Positions 8,258 to 17,462 of a stretch of 64,000 nt of DNA are shown one piece after another (positions within the stretch are counted from its first letter, which is position 1; each line of letters starts with the position of its first letter). The position numbers and the translations under genes are program-made. The DNA is taken from contig PMCS01000029.1 in NCBI GenBank assembly GCA_003154195.1, positions 304,960 through 368,959 on the forward strand, in the 5' to 3' direction. The notes beneath the pieces are model-generated. The model did not search any database, was not told the origin of the DNA, and saw only the letters and a list, made by a program, of their open reading frames with translations. This DNA is from Candidatus Omnitrophota bacterium (GTDB lineage Bacteria; Omnitrophota; Gorgyraeia; Duberdicusellales; 4484-171).

Positions 8258-10336
8258 ATGGCTACCTCTCTTTCTCTCTCCAATATCGGAAAGAATCCTT
8301 TGGTTTTTTCTACCGGCGATTGGGCTAAGCAGGCTGGCGGAGCGGTCAGCGCTTCTCTGGGCGATACTGTTCTTTTAGCTACGGTTTGTATGTCTCAGAC
8401 AGCCAAGGACGAGGGTTTTTTGCCCTTAATCGTCGAGTACCAGGAAAAAACTTACGCCATGGGTAAGATTCCCGGCGGCTATATCAAGCGGGAAGGCCGG
8501 CCTAAAGATAAAGAAATTCTTTGCGCCCGGCTTATTGACCGGCCGCTGCGGCCGCTTTTCCCCCAGGGGTTGACCAACGAAATTCAGATTGTGGTGATGG
8601 TGCTTTCCAGCGACGCTAAGAATGACCCGGATGTTTTAGCGATTAACGCCGCCAGCTGCGCTCTCCTCATTTCTGATATACCCTTTGACAATCCCGTCGG
8701 CGCGGTGCGCGTCGTAAAAGTCGATAACGATTTTATCGTTAATCCTACCTATGAGGAAAGAGGAAAATCTTCTTTAGAATTAGTCGTGGTCGGTACGCGC
8801 GATAAAATCGTGATGCTGGAAGGATGCTGTAAAGAAGTCAGCGAAGAAGATACTTTGGCAGCAATCAAGATTGCTCAGCCGCTTATAAAGGAAATCGTAG
8901 ATATTCAAGAGAAATTAAGACAGAATATCGGGAAGAAAAAACGAGAAGTTACCCTTTCCGTGCCCAATAAAGATATCTATAATTTAATAAAGGATAAAGT
9001 ATACGCGAAATTAGAAGGCATTTACGGCTTGGTGGGGAAAGAGGAGAGGGAAAGCGCGGTTGCCGGCGCGCTTAAATCCATCAGCGAAGAGATTTTAAAA
9101 GAGGATTCCCCGTTTACGGCGGAGGATATCGAACAGGTATTTTTCGCTTTAGAAGAAGAATTTTTCCGTCATAAAATAATCAACGAGGACAAGCGTCCGG
9201 ATTCCCGGTCGTTAAAAGATATCCGGGCGATTGATTGTAAGGTAAGAGTTTTGCCGCGCACGCACGGCTCGGCGGTATTTACCCGGGGGCAGACCCAGTC
9301 TTTAGCGATCACTACCCTGGGGACAACTTCCGATGCCCAGACTATCGAAGCGTTAGATGGAGTAAAGTCGGTGCATTTTATGCTTCACTACGCTTTCCCG
9401 CCCTTCAGCACCGGCGAAATCAAGATGATGCGAGGGCCGTCGCGCCGCGATATCGGCCACGGGGCCCTGGCGGAAAAAGCTTTAGTCAATATGATTCCTT
9501 CCAAGGATGTTTTTCCTTACACGATAAGAGTCGTTTCGGAGATTTTAGAGTCCAACGGTTCTTCCAGTATGGCGACAGTCTGTGCTACAACACTTTCCCT
9601 GATGGATGCCGGTGTGCCGATCAAAGAGCCGGTTGCCGGGATTGCCCTGGGGTTAGTCTCTGATGGCGATAAATATAAGATTCTTACCGATATTGCCGGT
9701 GTCGAAGACCACTGCGGCGATATGGATTTTAAAGTCGCCGGCACCAAAAACGGCATAACCGCGATACAACTGGATATCAAGATAAACGGTTTGACTTTTA
9801 AGATTATCGAAGACGGTTTACAGAGAGCAAAAGAAGCCCGGATGTATATTTTAGAAAAAATGAAAGAGGCGCTTTCTTTGCCGCGCGAAACGATTTCCCA
9901 GTATGCTCCTAAAATAAGGTCGATTAAGATCGATATCGAAAGAATCGGAAGCGTGATCGGGCCGGGCGGTAAGTTTATCCGCAAGATTCTCAGGGATTAT
10001 AACGTAAATATCGATATCGACGATGAAACCGGCATGGTTTCAATTGTCGCCGAGGATGAAGCGTCGCTGGAAAAAGCCGCGGCTCAGGTAACCGCTCTGG
10101 CCAGGGATATCGAGCCGGGGGATATTTATGACGCCAAGGTCGTTAAATTGATGAATTTCGGGGCGTTTTGTGAAATAGTCCCCGGCAAACAAGGCCTCGT
10201 CCACGTATCAGAAATCGCCGATACCTACGTTAAAGACGTAACCCAGTATTTAAAAGAAGGCGATATCGTAAAGGTAAAAGTTACCGGTATCGACGCGCAG
10301 GGAAAAATCAGCCTGAGCATAAAACAAGCACGATGA
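8258..10336 (+). CDS. pnp: Polynucleotide phosphorylase
   Basis: Two RNase PH domains followed by KH and S1 domains; 692 aa; located directly after rpsO. Confidence 0.95.
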   Translation: MATSLSLSNIGKNPLVFSTGDWAKQAGGAVSASLGDTVLLATVCMSQTAKDEGFLPLIVEYQEKTYAMGKIPGGYIKREGRPKDKEILCARLIDRPLRPLFPQGLTNEIQIVVMVLSSDAKNDPDVLAINAASCALLISDIPFDNPVGAVRVVKVDNDFIVNPTYEERGKSSLELVVVGTRDKIVMLEGCCKEVSEEDTLAAIKIAQPLIKEIVDIQEKLRQNIGKKKREVTLSVPNKDIYNLIKDKVYAKLEGIYGLVGKEERESAVAGALKSISEEILKEDSPFTAEDIEQVFFALEEEFFRHKIINEDKRPDSRSLKDIRAIDCKVRVLPRTHGSAVFTRGQTQSLAITTLGTTSDAQTIEALDGVKSVHFMLHYAFPPFSTGEIKMMRGPSRRDIGHGALAEKALVNMIPSKDVFPYTIRVVSEILESNGSSSMATVCATTLSLMDAGVPIKEPVAGIALGLVSDGDKYKILTDIAGVEDHCGDMDFKVAGTKNGITAIQLDIKINGLTFKIIEDGLQRAKEARMYILEKMKEALSLPRETISQYAPKIRSIKIDIERIGSVIGPGGKFIRKILRDYNVNIDIDDETGMVSIVAEDEASLEKAAAQVTALARDIEPGDIYDAKVVKLMNFGAFCEIVPGKQGLVHVSEIADTYVKDVTQYLKEGDIVKVKVTGIDAQGKISLSIKQAR

Positions 10337-12591
10337 AACAACTCTCTTCTTTTTTGAAGAGCGCTTATCTTCTTTTTGCCGCCGCCATTATCTTTCTAAG
10401 CCTGATTTCCTATTCGCCGCTCGACATCCCATTTTTAACTTATCCCACTCCGTTAAAAGTAAATAATCTGATTGGCGTTTGGGGAGGCTATTTAGCTTGT
10501 ACCCTTCGTTTTCTTTTCGGCTATGCCGCCTATTTTTTGCCGTTTTACCTTTTTTTCTTAGGCATAGCGTTTTTGGGAAAGGTTCGTTTTCATGGCCTGG
10601 CGAAGAGCCGGACAATGAGCATCTTTTCGTTTTTATTTTTTATTACATTTTTGGCGACGTTGATCGCGGTTTTCTTTGAAGGTAGAAACGCGGTTTTTGA
10701 AGCCGGCGGCCTGGCGGGATTTTTGCTTGCGGATTTTTTTAAGAAATACTTAGGGTTCTACGGCCTGGTGATTACTTCAACCTTTATTCTGGTGATTACG
10801 GCGATATTGCTGTTCGGGTTTTTCTTTGTAGATTTATTAGCGCTGGCCAAAGAAATAATCGCTGAAATTTCCGCAAGATGGGCTGATCGGAAAAACAAAA
10901 AGGAAGAAGGCGGCAAGGTAAAGCCGATAAAAATTTTCGATAAAAAACCGCAAGCGCCGGATAAGCGGGAAGAGAAACAAAAAATTACCCCGGCGGCGAT
11001 AAATAAAACGGAAGTAAAACCGGAAATCAAAGTCTACGCGCCCAAGGTTCCGGAGGCGGTAAAGCCGGCCGTCGGGCAAAACGCTCTTGCTAAAGAAAAA
11101 GTAGTAAATCCCGATGAAATTAAAAAGAAAATCGAAGCTTTGGAGAGCGGCATCAAAAATAAATTCGACCCGGCAACTTATAAATTGCCGGAAATAAGCC
11201 TCCTGAAGGTCCCGCCGCACCTTGATTACCGCGAGGTCAAGGAAGATATTGAGGCGAGCATCAAGAATCTGGAAGAAACGCTTCTGGAATTCGGCGTGGA
11301 AGCGAAAGTGGTAAGCGTGCAAAAGGGCCCGGTAGTCACGATGTATGAACTGGAGCCCTCGGCCGGCGTAAAAATACAAAAAATTTCCGCCCTGGCCGAC
11401 GATATCGCCCTGGCGATGAAGTCATCGAGCGTGCGCATTGTCGCGCCGATCCCCGGAAGAGGCACGATCGGCGTGGAAGTCCCCAATGAAAAAAAACACC
11501 TCGTTTATTTAAGGGAAGTCCTGGAAGAGAAGACCTTTATCGAAGCGGCCTCGAAACTTACCATATCAATCGGCAAGGATGTTTCCGGCAATTGCGTCGT
11601 TGCGGATTTAAAAGATATGCCGCATCTTTTGATTGCCGGGGCTACCGGCTCGGGGAAGACGGTTTGTGTCAATTCTTTGATTACCTCTGTGCTTTTTAAA
11701 GCTAAACCCGATGAGGTTAAGTTTATCCTGGTCGATCCCAAGATGGTAGAGCTCGCTCCTTTTGCCGGCATCCCCCATCTGATTCATCCGATAATCTCCG
11801 ATTCGAAAAAAGCTTTTGCCGCCCTGAATTGGGCGGTGGGAGAGATGGAGCGCCGTTATAAGATACTGGCGGCCGAGGGCGTGCGCAATATCGATAGCTA
11901 TAATAAAGGAGTAAAAAAACTGCCTTATATAATTATCGTTATTGATGAACTGGCGGATTTAATGTTGGTGGCGCGAGAGAACGTCGAAACTTCGATTCAA
12001 CGCCTGGCGCAATTATCCCGTGCAGTCGGAATTCATTTAATATTGGCCACCCAAAGGCCGTCGGTTGATGTAATCACCGGGGTTATCAAAGCTAATTTTC
12101 CGGCGCGGATATCCTTTAAAGTTTCGGCAAAAGTTGATTCGCGCACGATTCTTGATGCCATGGGCGCCGATAAACTTTTAGGTAAGGGCGATTTGTTATT
12201 TTTAAAGCCGGGGGCGATAAAAATAATACGGGCGCAAGGTTCTTTTATTGATGACGAAGATATAGATAATCTTACTGATTTTATCAGAAAGCAAGGCGGC
12301 CCGGTTTATGAAGATGGGATTGTCGAGGCGGAAAAAAAGAATATTCTGGACATCGAGGGCGATGAGTTATATGATGAAGCGGTAAAAGTTGTGATGCAGT
12401 CGCGTCAGGCTTCCGCTTCAATATTACAGCGGCGGATGCGCGTGGGGTACACCCGGGCAGCCCGGCTTCTGGATTTAATGGAGCAAAAAGGAGTAGTGGG
12501 GCCGTTTTGTGGCAGCAAAGCCCGGGAAATTCTCCTCGACCCGGAAGGTTACCTTCAAGCGGATTCACAAGCCAAAGAGGAAGGGATATGA
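10333..12591 (+). CDS. ftsK: DNA translocase FtsK
   Basis: N-terminal TM region, linker, Walker A motif (GATGSGKT) and a gamma winged-helix C-terminus. Confidence 0.9.
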   Translation: MKQLSSFLKSAYLLFAAAIIFLSLISYSPLDIPFLTYPTPLKVNNLIGVWGGYLACTLRFLFGYAAYFLPFYLFFLGIAFLGKVRFHGLAKSRTMSIFSFLFFITFLATLIAVFFEGRNAVFEAGGLAGFLLADFFKKYLGFYGLVITSTFILVITAILLFGFFFVDLLALAKEIIAEISARWADRKNKKEEGGKVKPIKIFDKKPQAPDKREEKQKITPAAINKTEVKPEIKVYAPKVPEAVKPAVGQNALAKEKVVNPDEIKKKIEALESGIKNKFDPATYKLPEISLLKVPPHLDYREVKEDIEASIKNLEETLLEFGVEAKVVSVQKGPVVTMYELEPSAGVKIQKISALADDIALAMKSSSVRIVAPIPGRGTIGVEVPNEKKHLVYLREVLEEKTFIEAASKLTISIGKDVSGNCVVADLKDMPHLLIAGATGSGKTVCVNSLITSVLFKAKPDEVKFILVDPKMVELAPFAGIPHLIHPIISDSKKAFAALNWAVGEMERRYKILAAEGVRNIDSYNKGVKKLPYIIIVIDELADLMLVARENVETSIQRLAQLSRAVGIHLILATQRPSVDVITGVIKANFPARISFKVSAKVDSRTILDAMGADKLLGKGDLLFLKPGAIKIIRAQGSFIDDEDIDNLTDFIRKQGGPVYEDGIVEAEKKNILDIEGDELYDEAVKVVMQSRQASASILQRRMRVGYTRAARLLDLMEQKGVVGPFCGSKAREILLDPEGYLQADSQAKEEGI

Positions 12592-12604
12592 AGGCAATCC
12601 ATTA

Positions 12605-12790
12605 AAACCTAAAATTTACCACGAAGGCACAAAGACACAAAGAAGATTAAGAATTATATTTTTCTTTTTTGTTGTTCTTGGTGACTCCGTCCCCTTCGGG
12701 GAGGCTTCGCTTCGCTGCGCACTGTCTTGGTGACAAAGTTTTCGGCTCTATTTTTTAGTGACTTAGTGGTGGAATCTTTACGGTTTGAAA
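12605..12790. repeat. MITE-like intergenic element with CACGAAG-type terminal inverted repeats and an internal UUCG-tetraloop hairpin core
   Basis: Left arm aaaatttaccacgaaggcacaaagacacaaagaag. Core gtccccttcggggaggcttcgcttcgctgcgcactg. Right arm cttagtggtggaatctttacgg is the reverse complement of the left arm. The element is homologous to sequences at 18725-18925 and 19596-19745. Confidence 0.7.
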
Positions 12791-12792
12791 AT

Positions 12793-13752
12793 ATGCTTGA
12801 AGAATTTTGCAAACAATTAAAAGAGAAACGCGAAGAATCAGGCTACAGCATCGAAGATGTCGTGGAAAAAACAAAACTGTATCCGGTGGCCATTCGCGAT
12901 ATCGAAGATGGCAATCTGGAAAATATAAGCCCGATTTATTTAAAGGGATTTATAAAGATTTACGCCTCTTTTCTGGGTATCGACGCAACTCAGGCCTTAA
13001 AAGATGTATCTTCGGTCAAACCCAAGCCCAAGCCTTCTTTTTTTAAGAAATTAAAAAACGATAATTTACCGAAGAAAGATACCGTAGCGCCGCCTGTTTC
13101 GGAGAAAAAAAATGCAATTGGGGAATCCGTGGTTATCGAAAAGCCGGTTGCGCCGCAAAAAAACCAGGCTGATTTTCCGGCCGTAGAGACAAAAAAATTA
13201 ACGGTTCTTTTAATCCTGGCAGTTATTTTAATGATCGGCGCGGTTTCCTTCAGCCGGTTTATCATCAAAGCAAAAGACAGCCGCCGCCGCAAACAAATCG
13301 TCGCGGAGCAGGCCGCCGGGGATGAACCGGGAGCGTTAAAGAAGGTAACGGCTAAAGAAGCGAAAAAGAACGCGCGGGATAAAATAAAGAAACCTTTGCC
13401 GAAAAACGGCGCGCTGAAAAGACATAAAAAGGAAATAAAAAACGAAGTGATGTCGCCCCGGATAAATTTAGGAAAAGATTTTTCCCAAACCGCTGAAATG
13501 ACGGTTTCCCTGACCGCTAAAAAAAATTGTTTTATTAAAGTAAAAAGCGACGGCAAACTTCTTTTTGAAGGAATCTTAAAAAAGGGAGTCGTGGAAAGCT
13601 GGCGCGGCCATAAGGTAATTGATTTGAAGACCAGCGACGGTTCGGCTTTATATATCGAATTGAACGGCCGGCCGCTTCCCGTTTTAACCGCAATGCACAA
13701 ACCCATTAAAAGCCTCAAAATCACTCCTGCCGGGATTTCTGTGGACAAATGA
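12793..13752 (+). CDS. rodZ: Cytoskeleton protein RodZ-like (HTH_XRE + TM + DUF4115)
   Basis: N-terminal HTH (SGYSIEDVVEKTKLYPVAIRDIEDGNLENISPIYLKGFIKIYASFLGID), a single TM helix, and a C-terminal DUF4115-like beta domain. Confidence 0.7.
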   Translation: MLEEFCKQLKEKREESGYSIEDVVEKTKLYPVAIRDIEDGNLENISPIYLKGFIKIYASFLGIDATQALKDVSSVKPKPKPSFFKKLKNDNLPKKDTVAPPVSEKKNAIGESVVIEKPVAPQKNQADFPAVETKKLTVLLILAVILMIGAVSFSRFIIKAKDSRRRKQIVAEQAAGDEPGALKKVTAKEAKKNARDKIKKPLPKNGALKRHKKEIKNEVMSPRINLGKDFSQTAEMTVSLTAKKNCFIKVKSDGKLLFEGILKKGVVESWRGHKVIDLKTSDGSALYIELNGRPLPVLTAMHKPIKSLKITPAGISVDK

Positions 13753-13814
13753 TTATTTTTACGAAGTAAAAATAATCATCATTCCAAAAAATGCGTTTGA
13801 AAACGCATTTTTTG
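13751..13814. terminator. Two consecutive perfect hairpins right after the rodZ stop codon
   Basis: GATTATTTTTAC-GAA-GTAAAAATAATC at 13751-13777 and AAAAATGCGTTT-GA-AAACGCATTTTTT at 13785-13814. The second is flanked by A-runs and T-runs, giving it a bidirectional character. Confidence 0.6.
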
Positions 13815-13899
13815 GGTAAAGAGACGGAACACCCACACCGGCGAATTAGCCGTACAAAAAAATGATTGACAAATAAGACCGTAGGAGTAAAGTAAGGTT

Positions 13900-14047
13900 A
13901 CAATTTGGCGTGGTGCAGTTTGAAGGAGTAAATCCGCCACGTTCCGCCAAGAGCGGACCAGCCTGTAAAAAACATCAAGGAAGCTGGAAAACAACAAAAA
14001 CCTTCGTTTGATTGTGCACGGTACAATTAGGCGAAGGTTTTTTTATT
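13900..14047 (+). ncRNA. Putative small RNA ending in a strong intrinsic terminator
   Basis: Promoter-like TTGACA at 13866 with TAAAGT 16 nt downstream, and TACAAT at 13899. No ORF is present. Internal hairpins are CCGC-CAAGA-GCGG and CCAGC...GCTGG. The terminator is AACCTTCG...CGAAGGTT followed by TTTTTTT at 13999-14047. Confidence 0.35.
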
Positions 14048-14070
14048 TTCTTTGCAATTATTTGGGTTTA

Positions 14071-14194
14071 TTCTTTGCAGAGAAAATGACCCGCCGACGA
14101 ATTGTGGCGGGTATATATGCCCGCAGTTGTATAGGCTTATTCCTTGCAGGTAAAATTACCCGTCAAAGGGTTGCGGCGGGTTATTTAGAGGTGA
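14071..14194 (+). repeat. Two tandem ~55-nt direct repeats, each with a GC hairpin and possible alternative pairing
   Basis: TTCTTTGCAGAGAAAATGACCCGCC-GACGAATTGT-GGCGGGT is duplicated as TTCCTTGCAGGTAAAATTACCCGTC...GCGGCGGGT. GGCGGG can pair either with the upstream ACCCGCC or with the downstream GCCCGC, which gives the region an attenuator-like look. Confidence 0.5.
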
Positions 14195-14276
14195 GGACGA
14201 ACAAATAGGTTTATAGGGAAAAATTGGAAGTCACAGATTGCGACTTCCAATTAAAATAAAGACAGGAGAATGATAT

Positions 14277-15350
14277 ATGAAACTTGAGTTAAGGCATGAC
14301 GGGAATTATATAAAATGGTTGGCGGCTATCAAGCTCAAAATTCGACAAGTACAGCTTAAGGCGGCGGTAAAAGTAAATACCGAACTTTTAACTTTTTATT
14401 GGGAACTCGGGGTGGATATTGTACAAAAACAAGCTGAAGCAAAATGGGGCGATGGTTTAATCGGGCAATTAAGCAAGGATCTATCTGCTGAATTTCCCGA
14501 TATAAAAGGTTTCTCTCGAACAAACCTCTTATATATCCGTCAATGGTATATGTTTTATTTCGAAAATTTTAAGAAAATCCCACAGGCTGTGGGACAAATG
14601 AGTAATGCATTTGTTAAAGAAATTTTTCAGGTTCCCTGGGGGCATAATAGAGAAATTGTCGCCAAATGTAAAACATTAGAAGAAGCTGTTTTTTATGTTC
14701 GTAATACAATCAAACACAATTGGAGCCGCGCGGTATTAGTGCATCAGATAGAATGGGGGCTTTTCCGCAGAGAGGGAAAAGCTGTCAATAATTTTGCGTT
14801 GACGTTGCCGAAGCCTCATTCGGATTTAGCTATGCAAACTCTCAATGACCCGTATATTTTTGACTTCTTGGCTATGACAAAAGATTATGACGAGAGAGAA
14901 CTGGAAAAGGCTTTGACTGGGCATATAACAACATTCTTATTGGAATTGGGTACCGGTTTTGCTTATGTGGGCCGGCAAATCCCGCTGCATGTTGGTGAAA
15001 GTGAATTTTTTATAGATTTGCTTTTTTATCATTTAAAGCTCCGTTGTTATGTGGTGATAGAGTTGAAAACGGTAGCGTTTCAGCCGGAGTTTGCCGGCAA
15101 ATTGAATTTCTACGTAACGGCCGTGGACCGTCGGTTGCGGAATGAATTAGACCGGCAAACGATTGGTATCTTCATATGTAAAACAAAAGATAAAGTCGTA
15201 GCCGAATACTCTTTAAGCGATATCAAAAAGCCCCTCGGCATTTCTGAATACCGCTTAACACAATCTCTGCCGAAGAAGTTTAAGTCAAGCTTGCCTTCGA
15301 TTCAGGAGATTAAGGCAGGGTTGAGTGGAGATGGAAACAAGGAAAAATGA
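14277..15350 (+). CDS. DUF1016 / YhcG-like PD-(D/E)xK nuclease family protein
   Basis: A C-terminal PDDEXK core (FIDLLFYHLKLRCYVVIELK) and an N-terminal YhcG-like helical domain. RBS AGGAG lies 8 nt before the ATG, which is preceded by a 9-bp hairpin at 14229-14252. Confidence 0.75.
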   Translation: MKLELRHDGNYIKWLAAIKLKIRQVQLKAAVKVNTELLTFYWELGVDIVQKQAEAKWGDGLIGQLSKDLSAEFPDIKGFSRTNLLYIRQWYMFYFENFKKIPQAVGQMSNAFVKEIFQVPWGHNREIVAKCKTLEEAVFYVRNTIKHNWSRAVLVHQIEWGLFRREGKAVNNFALTLPKPHSDLAMQTLNDPYIFDFLAMTKDYDERELEKALTGHITTFLLELGTGFAYVGRQIPLHVGESEFFIDLLFYHLKLRCYVVIELKTVAFQPEFAGKLNFYVTAVDRRLRNELDRQTIGIFICKTKDKVVAEYSLSDIKKPLGISEYRLTQSLPKKFKSSLPSIQEIKAGLSGDGNKEK

Positions 15351-15593
15351 ACATATTGAAAAGGCGTTAATTATGGCGAATTCGCCATATTAAAAAATGA
15401 AGCTACTGACAAAACATAAAGGATTGAGGCGGTTGGAATAAAGCTATTTAAAACTCCAACAACTTGTTGGAGAAATTAACTGGAAAAATATCTGCCCATT
15501 ATGCAAGGAGCTGATAGACCCATTGGAATGGTTTTTTATGAACAGTTTTGAGTTTGTTGAGGTGAGCTTGAAGCAGTCGTTAGGGTTTACCAG

Positions 15594-15632
15594 AAAAAAA
15601 TTTTAACAACGAATATCGCAAATCGCGCGAAT
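15594..15632. repeat. ~37-nt motif TTTTAACAACGAATNTCGCAAATNGCNCNAAT, second copy (first copy at 374-410 upstream of the DUF91 nuclease)
   Basis: aaaaaaattttaacaacgaatatcgcaaatcgcgcgaatg here matches gaaagattttaacaacgaattacgcaaattgcacaaatt at 374-410. Confidence 0.55.
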
Positions 15633-15668
15633 GTTTCTTTCGATGGGATGGAGCAGGAAGGCGGGGAA

Positions 15669-15914
15669 TTAAGTGAGCTGTCCCCCGAATCCCCCGATTG
15701 TTTCCTCTTCGCGCAGCCAATAAGAAAACCCCGCCGGTTTTTTGTTTACCCGGAGTACGTCGATTTTCGTATGAGGGATATTGAGCGATTCTATTGCATC
15801 CTTGAGGGAAGGGGTACCTTTAACCTGACAGGATAATCCTTTTGCGCAACGGTTCTTTGGTAAAAATATCTTAAGATTGCCGTGGAAACGAAATTTTACC
15901 GTAATTTCGTCCAT
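15669..15914 (-). CDS. Mut7-C ubiquitin-like (MoaD/ThiS-fold) domain protein, stand-alone
   Basis: Matches the Mut7-C_ubiquitin pattern FRF.G.L..FLP.........S.KD.IE.L.IPHT.ID...VN.K...FSY.L. No RNase (DUF82) domain is attached. Confidence 0.6.
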   Translation of the reverse strand: MDEITVKFRFHGNLKIFLPKNRCAKGLSCQVKGTPSLKDAIESLNIPHTKIDVLRVNKKPAGFSYWLREEETIGGFGGQLT

Positions 15915-17149
15915 CGTAATTTTGCTGCCCCCATGCCGGCTTCATGGTTAATTCCCGGGTCGCTGACACGGCCCATGAATAAAATCGTATTCGTAGTGTT
16001 ATCTTTAATCACAAAAATAAAAGGGTGGTCGGCTTGAAAAAACACCGATTCCGAATCCGTGTGCATTAACGCTTCTCCTGTGGCTGCGGCAGCTTCGGTA
16101 CCTTCCTCGTTAACTTCCACAAAAGCCTTGTGAAAAATATCACCGATATATAGAACGCCTTTCTCCACATTAGCCATACCGCTGAAATCAGCCCTTGTAT
16201 TGCTGAAAGTTTCTTTCATGCCCAAGGATACCAGGGATTTTTTTAAGGGAATTTCTGGGGCAGTTTTGAATTTAGGCAGGTAAACTATTACTTTTCGGGA
16301 ATCAGGCAAAGTGATTAAATCATTCAACTTGCCGGAATCTAAAGCATTTTCCACCGCATTAATGCCGTTTTTTTCTTTGGGTAAAATCACCACCATCGAT
16401 AATTTTTCGCCCCGGTAAGGCAGGGCCAATATCTGGACGTCATTGGTTTCTTTGTAGGCGTACTCTCTGTTTTGGGTCATCATTGTTGCGTTTATGGGAT
16501 TATCCGGGGTCAAGTAAAAAGGCATGTCTTTGGTATCTTCTTTTTTGAATTCCGCGGCCCACTTGCCTTTGAAATAAATAGCGTTGGTTAAAACCAGGTG
16601 GGCTTGGTCATTCAGAGATCCCCCCGGCAGTAAATCTTTGATGCGTCGTTTAGTTTTTTCTTCTACCCAGGAGTTGATGCGTATCCTTACTTGTTCATAG
16701 TCATGTTTAAAATCTACCTTTTCCAGGGCATTGGCGTAGTTAATTTTAACCAACTCGAGATATTGGTGGTAAAAATCAAACGACTGTTCCGCCCAAAGCG
16801 AGTTGGCGATATTCAACTCGATATCGCCGAAAGCGGCAGCTTGATTGAGCGTCTCGTTTAAGGCTTTAAAGCCGGGGTGGATATTCTGGCCGCAAGCGTA
16901 GTGCATTACTCCGGCGATTTCCTCCGCCGTGGTAGTTTTTGCTCCGGCATAAGCCATGGCCATGCAGCCGGAGATACTGTAGGGAGAAAAGAAGATATTG
17001 CCGGGTTCACTCCGGGCTTGGTTATATAAATCCAAGGCAAAAGCGTTGATGGCTTGGCCGGCGTCTTTAGCCGTCGCGCTTTGCGCCGGAGCTGAAGGGC
17101 AAAATAAAAGAAACATTGCGGCTAATGCGCCCAAGGTTTTATTTTTCAT
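15896..17149 (-). CDS. Serpin (serine protease inhibitor) with N-terminal signal peptide
   Basis: Signal peptide MKNKTLGALAAMFLLFCPSAPAQSA. Serpin hinge and reactive-centre-loop region (FHKAFVEVNEEGTEAAAATG...FFQADHPFIFVIKDNTTNTILFMGRVSDP). Confidence 0.85.
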   Translation of the reverse strand: MKNKTLGALAAMFLLFCPSAPAQSATAKDAGQAINAFALDLYNQARSEPGNIFFSPYSISGCMAMAYAGAKTTTAEEIAGVMHYACGQNIHPGFKALNETLNQAAAFGDIELNIANSLWAEQSFDFYHQYLELVKINYANALEKVDFKHDYEQVRIRINSWVEEKTKRRIKDLLPGGSLNDQAHLVLTNAIYFKGKWAAEFKKEDTKDMPFYLTPDNPINATMMTQNREYAYKETNDVQILALPYRGEKLSMVVILPKEKNGINAVENALDSGKLNDLITLPDSRKVIVYLPKFKTAPEIPLKKSLVSLGMKETFSNTRADFSGMANVEKGVLYIGDIFHKAFVEVNEEGTEAAAATGEALMHTDSESVFFQADHPFIFVIKDNTTNTILFMGRVSDPGINHEAGMGAAKLRWTKLR

Positions 17150-17395
17150 AGAGTTACCCCTTTTATCATTGCAGCATGTGAAGGATACCGTTTCCCAGAA
17201 AAGATTATTATCACACTTTTTTTTGGGCAGACAATAATTTTCTTTGCCCCTGATTATTTCGCGGCAAGCCGCGAAAGAATCAGAATTAAAAATTTTTAGA
17301 AGCCGATTGGCGGCATTTTGGGTTAAAATAACCTAAAAACAAGCGTATTGGTATGCTATAATATTAACCGGAAATTAGAAAATTATCTTATCTGA

Positions 17396-17422
17396 GATCC
17401 CGCAGCCTGTGGCTTCGGGATC
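17396..17422 (+). promoter_or_regulatory. 7-bp perfect hairpin in the rimO 5' leader
   Basis: GATCCCG-cagcctgtggctt-CGGGATC. An extended -10 (TGCTATAAT) lies at 17354-17362. Confidence 0.3.
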
Positions 17423-17462
17423 AAGGAAAATATGCCTGAAAGGCAGATTTTTCTTGAATAAT

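Noticed and set aside
10758-11771. Several antisense ORFs (90-180 aa) inside ftsK
   Set aside because: They are Phe/Arg-rich low-complexity translations of the opposite strand of a well-supported gene.
12990-13748. 252-aa minus-strand ORF
   Set aside because: It is antisense to rodZ, has Phe/Ser-rich low complexity, and no RBS.
13905-14047. Possible SRP (4.5S) RNA because of AAGGAAGC and GGUGCAG-like strings and a terminal hairpin
   Set aside because: There is no GGAA-tetraloop helix-8 architecture, and no symmetric loop or AGCAG motif in the right context. It is kept only as an unassigned putative sRNA.
14008-14208. 66-aa ORF with internal protein repeat FFAEKMTRRRIVAGIY / FLAGKITRQRVAAGYL
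   Set aside because: The protein repeat merely mirrors the tandem DNA hairpin repeats. The ORF has no RBS and a Arg-rich composition typical of translated GC hairpins.
15648-15836. Plus-strand 62-aa ORF preceded by the 37-nt repeated motif
   Set aside because: It overlaps the minus-strand ORF that has a convincing Mut7-C ubiquitin-like signature. The plus ORF has low-complexity acidic composition and no RBS.
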